From Candidatus Nomurabacteria bacterium GW2011_GWE2_34_25 (GTDB taxonomy: Bacteria; Patescibacteriota; Minisyncoccia; Phycocordibacterales; UBA9973): a DNA stretch of 64,000 bases. Where the stretch lies: the NCBI GenBank assembly GCA_000990325.1, contig LBPS01000008.1, positions 97 through 64,096 on the forward strand, written 5' to 3'. Positions 59,760 to 64,000 of the stretch are shown in pieces. Under the pieces are notes generated by a model. It did no database searches. It worked only from the letters and a program-made list of their open reading frames with translations, and was not told the origin of the DNA. The position numbers were made by a program, and so were the translations under genes. The number at the start of each line of letters is the position of its first letter. The first letter of the stretch is position 1.

Positions 59760-59907
59760 TACGATGGTTTTAAATGGTGAATATTTAATTTAATTATAAT
59801 CCTTTGTACCATACCTGGCAAGAACGTTTTTATAGATTATTTATTTAATTAAAGTTTTTAATAAAATAAAATTATCGAATTTTCAGAAAATCTGCTATAT
59901 TTTAACC

Positions 59908-61020
59908 ATGTCACTATCAATCGGAATTGTAGGTTTGCCAAACGTCGGGAAGTCGACACTTTTTAATGCCCTTACAAAGAAGAGTGTTCCTTGTGAGAAC
60001 TATCCATTTTGCACCATAGATCCATCTGTGGGTGTTGTGGCTGTTCCCGATGAAAGACTTTGGAAGCTGTCCGTTTTTTCAAAATCAACAAAAACAATTC
60101 CAGCAGTTATTGAGTTTGTCGATATTGCCGGCCTTGTAAAAGGTGCTTCAGAAGGCGAAGGACTTGGTAATAAATTTTTAGCAAATATTCGTGAGGTAGA
60201 TGCTATCCTTGAGATGGTCCGCATCTTTCCACTAAAGGGTGACAAGGGCGATGAGATACTTCACGTCATGGGAGACATAGATCCACTTCGTGATATTGAA
60301 ATAATAAATTTAGAGCTTATCTTGGCTGATTTAGAAACGGTAGCGAAAAGGAAGAATAATATTACCAAAGAAGTAAGAAGAGGAGATAAGGAATTTATAC
60401 TAGAGGATGAAGCCCTTGCAAAACTTATACCAACCCTTGAGGCCGGTAAATTAGCGAACACAATAAATTTCACAGAAAAAGAAATAGAAAAAGTTAAACA
60501 ACTAGGACTCTTAACCATGAAGCCATTTATTTATGGACTCAATAAGAGGGCTGGCTCAGAGAATTTAGATGAATCAAATGCTGAAATTTTTAAAGAACTG
60601 ACTGACTATATAGAAAGCATGGGTTCTAGATATGTGGTGATAGATGCAAAGATTGAGCATGAGCTTATGGATTTTGAGGGGGAAGAAAAGGAGATGTTTC
60701 GTAAAGAGCTTGGAGGAGAGGATGATGGGATAAATAGTTTGATTACAGAAGGTTATAAACTTCTAGGTCTTGATACATATTTTACTACAGGAGAAGATGA
60801 AACTCGGGCTTGGACTATCAAGAAGGGTAGTACTGCCCCTGTCGCAGGCATGGCTATACACACAGACTTCAAAGACAAATTTATTCGTGCAGAAGTTGTA
60901 TTCTGGAGTGATTTACTTGAATCAGGAAGCTATGGTGAAGCTCGCTCAAAAGGAAAAGTAAGAACAGAAGGTAAAGAATATATAGTTAAGAATGGTGATG
61001 TCGTAGAGTTCAAAATTTAA
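59908..61020 (+). CDS. ychF: Redox-regulated ATPase YchF
   Basis: GIVGLPNVGKSTLFNALT, NYPFCTIDP, DIAGLVKGAS, EGKEYIVKNGD. Confidence 0.98.
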   Translation: MSLSIGIVGLPNVGKSTLFNALTKKSVPCENYPFCTIDPSVGVVAVPDERLWKLSVFSKSTKTIPAVIEFVDIAGLVKGASEGEGLGNKFLANIREVDAILEMVRIFPLKGDKGDEILHVMGDIDPLRDIEIINLELILADLETVAKRKNNITKEVRRGDKEFILEDEALAKLIPTLEAGKLANTINFTEKEIEKVKQLGLLTMKPFIYGLNKRAGSENLDESNAEIFKELTDYIESMGSRYVVIDAKIEHELMDFEGEEKEMFRKELGGEDDGINSLITEGYKLLGLDTYFTTGEDETRAWTIKKGSTAPVAGMAIHTDFKDKFIRAEVVFWSDLLESGSYGEARSKGKVRTEGKEYIVKNGDVVEFKI

Positions 61021-61595
61021 TGCAAAAAGATTGGCTCAAAGTTGAAAAGGTTTTAAAAAGTGGGGGGATTGCTGTAATTCCTACGGATACTTTGTATGGG
61101 CTAGTTGCGAGTGCATTTGACAAAAAGGCAATAGAGAAAATTTATAAAATAAAAGAAAGGGACAAAAGTAAGGCTTTGATAGTTCTGATTTCTTCCTTCA
61201 AAGATTTGGAGAAATTTGGAATAAAAGTAATTAAGGAGCAGGCCAAAATTTTGGAAAAATTTTGGCCTGGGCAAGTTAGTGTTTTGCTGTCATGCAAGAG
61301 CAATAAATTTAAATATATACATAGTGGGACAGGTGAAATAGCTTTCAGAATGATAGGACCTAGAAACAAAAATTTATATAATCTGTTACGGAAGGTTGGC
61401 CCCATTGTGGCTCCAAGTGCCAATAGAGAAAATGGAAAGCCTGCCGAGACTATAAAAGAAGCTAAAGAGTATTTTGATGATAAAGTAGACTATTATATAA
61501 ATAGTGGTAAAAAAGTCGGGGAACCGTCTACTCTAGTTCGGGTAAAAGAGGGTAAGATTGAGGTACTAAGACAAGGTAGAGTTTTTTTGATATAA
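61020..61595 (+). CDS. tsaC: L-threonylcarbamoyladenylate synthase (Sua5/TsaC)
   Basis: PTDTLYGL, IYKIKER, FWPG, APSAN, PSTLV. Confidence 0.92.
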   Translation: MQKDWLKVEKVLKSGGIAVIPTDTLYGLVASAFDKKAIEKIYKIKERDKSKALIVLISSFKDLEKFGIKVIKEQAKILEKFWPGQVSVLLSCKSNKFKYIHSGTGEIAFRMIGPRNKNLYNLLRKVGPIVAPSANRENGKPAETIKEAKEYFDDKVDYYINSGKKVGEPSTLVRVKEGKIEVLRQGRVFLI

Positions 61596-61604
61596 TGGGT
61601 CATT

Positions 61605-62645
61605 ATGGAAACAACAATAAAAAATTCAAAATTAACACCAAGATTCTTCTTTATCTCTCTTGGGGTTATTGTCACTCTTATTACTAGCGTATCTTCGTTT
61701 CTAGTTTTGTTATTTGAGTCTTTAAATAAAAAGTTCCCTGATGCTTTGAATTCTGTCTATCAATATGGGTACAATAGTTACAATTTTGAGACGATTCGTG
61801 CCTCACTTGCTACTCTTATCATATTCTTTCCAGTATTTATATTTATTTCATATCTTTGGCTAAGAGAATCAAAGGAAGATATTGGTTATAACAACCTGAC
61901 TTTACGTAAATGGATGATTTACCTGATTTTATTCTTGGCAAGTCTTTTGATTGTTATAGACTTAGTCACCCTAGTTCGATATTTTGTTTCAGGAGAGATA
62001 ACTACACGATTTATATATAAAGTTTCAGGGACTCTCTTAGTAGCTTTCCTTGTGGATTCATATTATTCACTAAAGATGAGGAATGTAAACTTCAATAGCG
62101 ATAAGTCAAAAAAGTGGGGACTTGTAATTGGAATTATATCAATAATTTTGTTTTCAGGACTAATAGTTTGGAGCTTTGCTGTTATGGGTAGTCCTGCCAA
62201 GCAACGTGCATGGAGACTAGACGAGAGAAGAGTAAATGACTTACAGAGTATTCAATATCAGGTTATAAATTACTGGCAACAGAAAGAGAAGTTACCAGTC
62301 ACACTCTCCGAATTAGCTGATCCTATATCAAGCTTTTCTATCCCCGTTGACCCAGAATTTGAGAAAGGGAAAACTTATGAATATATTCTTGGTGCAGATA
62401 AAAGTAAGCTTTCTTTTGACCTATGTGCCACATTTATGGAAGATATGCCAAAGGGTTGGCAAGAAAATAACTACGGAGGACCAGTCATACCTATGATGGC
62501 AGTAGAGAAGAGAGATATCGCCACTTCTTCAAGTTTTTATCCTTATCCAGGCGGTGGAGTAAACAATTCCTGGGATCATAAGGTTGGACGCACTTGCTTT
62601 ACACGTACTATAGACAAGGATTTATATCCAGTATTTAAGAAATAA
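61605..62645 (+). CDS. Membrane protein, DUF5671-like
   Basis: Five TM helices, LRKWMIYL, GEITTRF, GSPAKQR...DERRVNDL; family name from recollection. Confidence 0.7.
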   Translation: METTIKNSKLTPRFFFISLGVIVTLITSVSSFLVLLFESLNKKFPDALNSVYQYGYNSYNFETIRASLATLIIFFPVFIFISYLWLRESKEDIGYNNLTLRKWMIYLILFLASLLIVIDLVTLVRYFVSGEITTRFIYKVSGTLLVAFLVDSYYSLKMRNVNFNSDKSKKWGLVIGIISIILFSGLIVWSFAVMGSPAKQRAWRLDERRVNDLQSIQYQVINYWQQKEKLPVTLSELADPISSFSIPVDPEFEKGKTYEYILGADKSKLSFDLCATFMEDMPKGWQENNYGGPVIPMMAVEKRDIATSSSFYPYPGGGVNNSWDHKVGRTCFTRTIDKDLYPVFKK

Positions 62646-62666
62646 AGAGCTTTACTTTAAAACAAA

Positions 62667-64000
62667 ATGAAAAATTACGATCATAGAAAAATAGAAAAAA
62701 AATGGCAAGGCGCATGGGAGAAGGGTAAAATTTACGAAGCCAAAACTGGTATAAAAGGAAAGACCTTTTATGGACTCATAGAATTCCCATATCCATCAGG
62801 AGCTGGTCTTCATGTGGGGCATATTCGTAGTAATACAGCTATGGATATTATCACTCGCAAGCGTATGCCATTAAGATGGGGATAGATCCTGCCAAGGTTA
62901 CCAAGACTAATACCGATATCTTTAGAAAGCAGTTGAAGTCTGTAGGTTTTGGATTTGATTGGTCTCGAGAGATAGACACTACAGATCCAGCATATGTAAA
63001 ATGGACTCAGTGGATATTCTTGCAAATGTACAAGAAAGGTCTTGCTTATAAAGCACGTACTACTATAAACTGGTGTACATCATGTAAGATAGGTCTTGCA
63101 AATGAAGAAGTAGTGGGGGGAGAGTGTGAACGTTGTGGAGGTAAGGTTGTCAAAAGAGAAAAAGAGCAATGGATGCTTGCTATCACTAAATATGCAGATA
63201 GGCTAGACAAAGATTTAGATAAAGTAAATTATTTAGAGAAAATAAAAATTCAGCAGAGAAATTGGATTGGCAAAAGTGAGGGAAGTGAAATTGAATTTAG
63301 CTTTTGTCCATGTGCCATAGAAAATATTCCAAACTTGAAAAAAATTAAAGTATTTACAACCCGTGCTGATACTATTTTTGGTGCTACTTATGTCGTACTT
63401 GCTCCAGAACATGAATTAATAAATGATATAAAATCAAGAATTACAAATTGGAAAGAAGTAGAAACTTATATTAAACAAGTGAAAGATAAGCCAGATATGG
63501 AGAGAACTGCTGAGGATAAAGTAAAGACAGGGGTAGAATTAAAGGGAGTTAAGGCTCTTAATCCTGCTACTAATGAAGAGATACCTATTTGGATTGCCGA
63601 CTATGTTCTATCGACTTATGGGACAGGGGCAATAATGGCGGTACCACAACATGATGAAAGAGACAGAGATTTTGCCACTAAATTTAACTTACCAATAATA
63701 GATAAACCACTAGTAGACGCAAAAGAAATTACAGATAAGGTTCATGGTAAAATTGTCACCAAATACAAACTTCGTGATTGGGTTTTCTCAAGACAAAGAT
63801 ACTGGGGAGAGCCAATTCCTATAATACATTGTGATAAATGTGGATATGTTCCAGTGCCAGAGAAAGACCTTCCTGTGGTATTACCGAAAGTTAAATCATA
63901 TACACCGACCGACAATGGTGAGTCACCTCTGGCTATTATTTCAAAATGGGTCAATACAACTTGTCCTAAATGTAAAGGTAAAGCAAAGCGTGAGACAGAT
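62667..64000 (+). CDS. leuS: Leucyl-tRNA synthetase, partial, frameshifted near 62865
   Basis: FPYPSGAGLHVGH; a second frame from ~62864 reads YAIKMG...FDWSRE...LANEEV...QRNWIGKSEG...FTTRADT...RDWVFSRQRYWGEPIP to the window end. Confidence 0.95.

Noticed and set aside
155-63954. Numerous 60-180 aa antisense or overlapping ORFs in the ORF track
   Set aside because: They are shadows of well-supported genes on the other strand or frame and lack independent motifs.
1-64000. Alternative genetic code (UGA=Gly as in Gracilibacteria/Absconditabacteria)
   Set aside because: Long conserved genes translate fully under code 11; the breaks found are frameshifts, not in-frame TGA.

Overview
AT-rich bacterial chromosome segment using genetic code 11. 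Gene content and style point to a Patescibacteria/CPR organism (Parcubacteria, Nomurabacteria-like); this assignment is inference. Housekeeping genes: rpoB (partial), rpoC, dnaG, rpoD, rpsB-tsf, proS, mreBC, tgt, uvrB/uvrA/uvrC, two ddl, gpsA, engB, murA/murB, alr, rpmG, miaA, ychF, tsaC and leuS (partial), plus four tRNAs and one degenerate tRNA. The most unusual signal is a dispersed set of ~75-170 bp palindromic elements. Each has a conserved structured core wrapped in long inverted arms that often differ between copies and, at the two tRNA sites and at alr, copy the adjacent host sequence. Family A (GACG-loop hairpin plus TTTTC-AGYA-GAAAA hairpin, with covarying stems) lies behind tRNA-Thr and tRNA-Trp and in two intergenic regions. 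Family B is inserted in frame in tgt, uvrA and uvrB and also occurs between alr and rpmG. Other notable items: a Bacteroidota-type primary sigma factor in addition to the native RpoD; four ~550-aa Cys-rich paralogs associated with two VirD4/TraD-like ATPases and with recurrent palindromes; an apparently circularly permuted DsbA; and four short frameshifting deletions (tgt, TMEM175-like gene, engB, leuS) that are probably assembly errors. No transposase, integrase, reverse transcriptase, CRISPR array or rRNA was seen.
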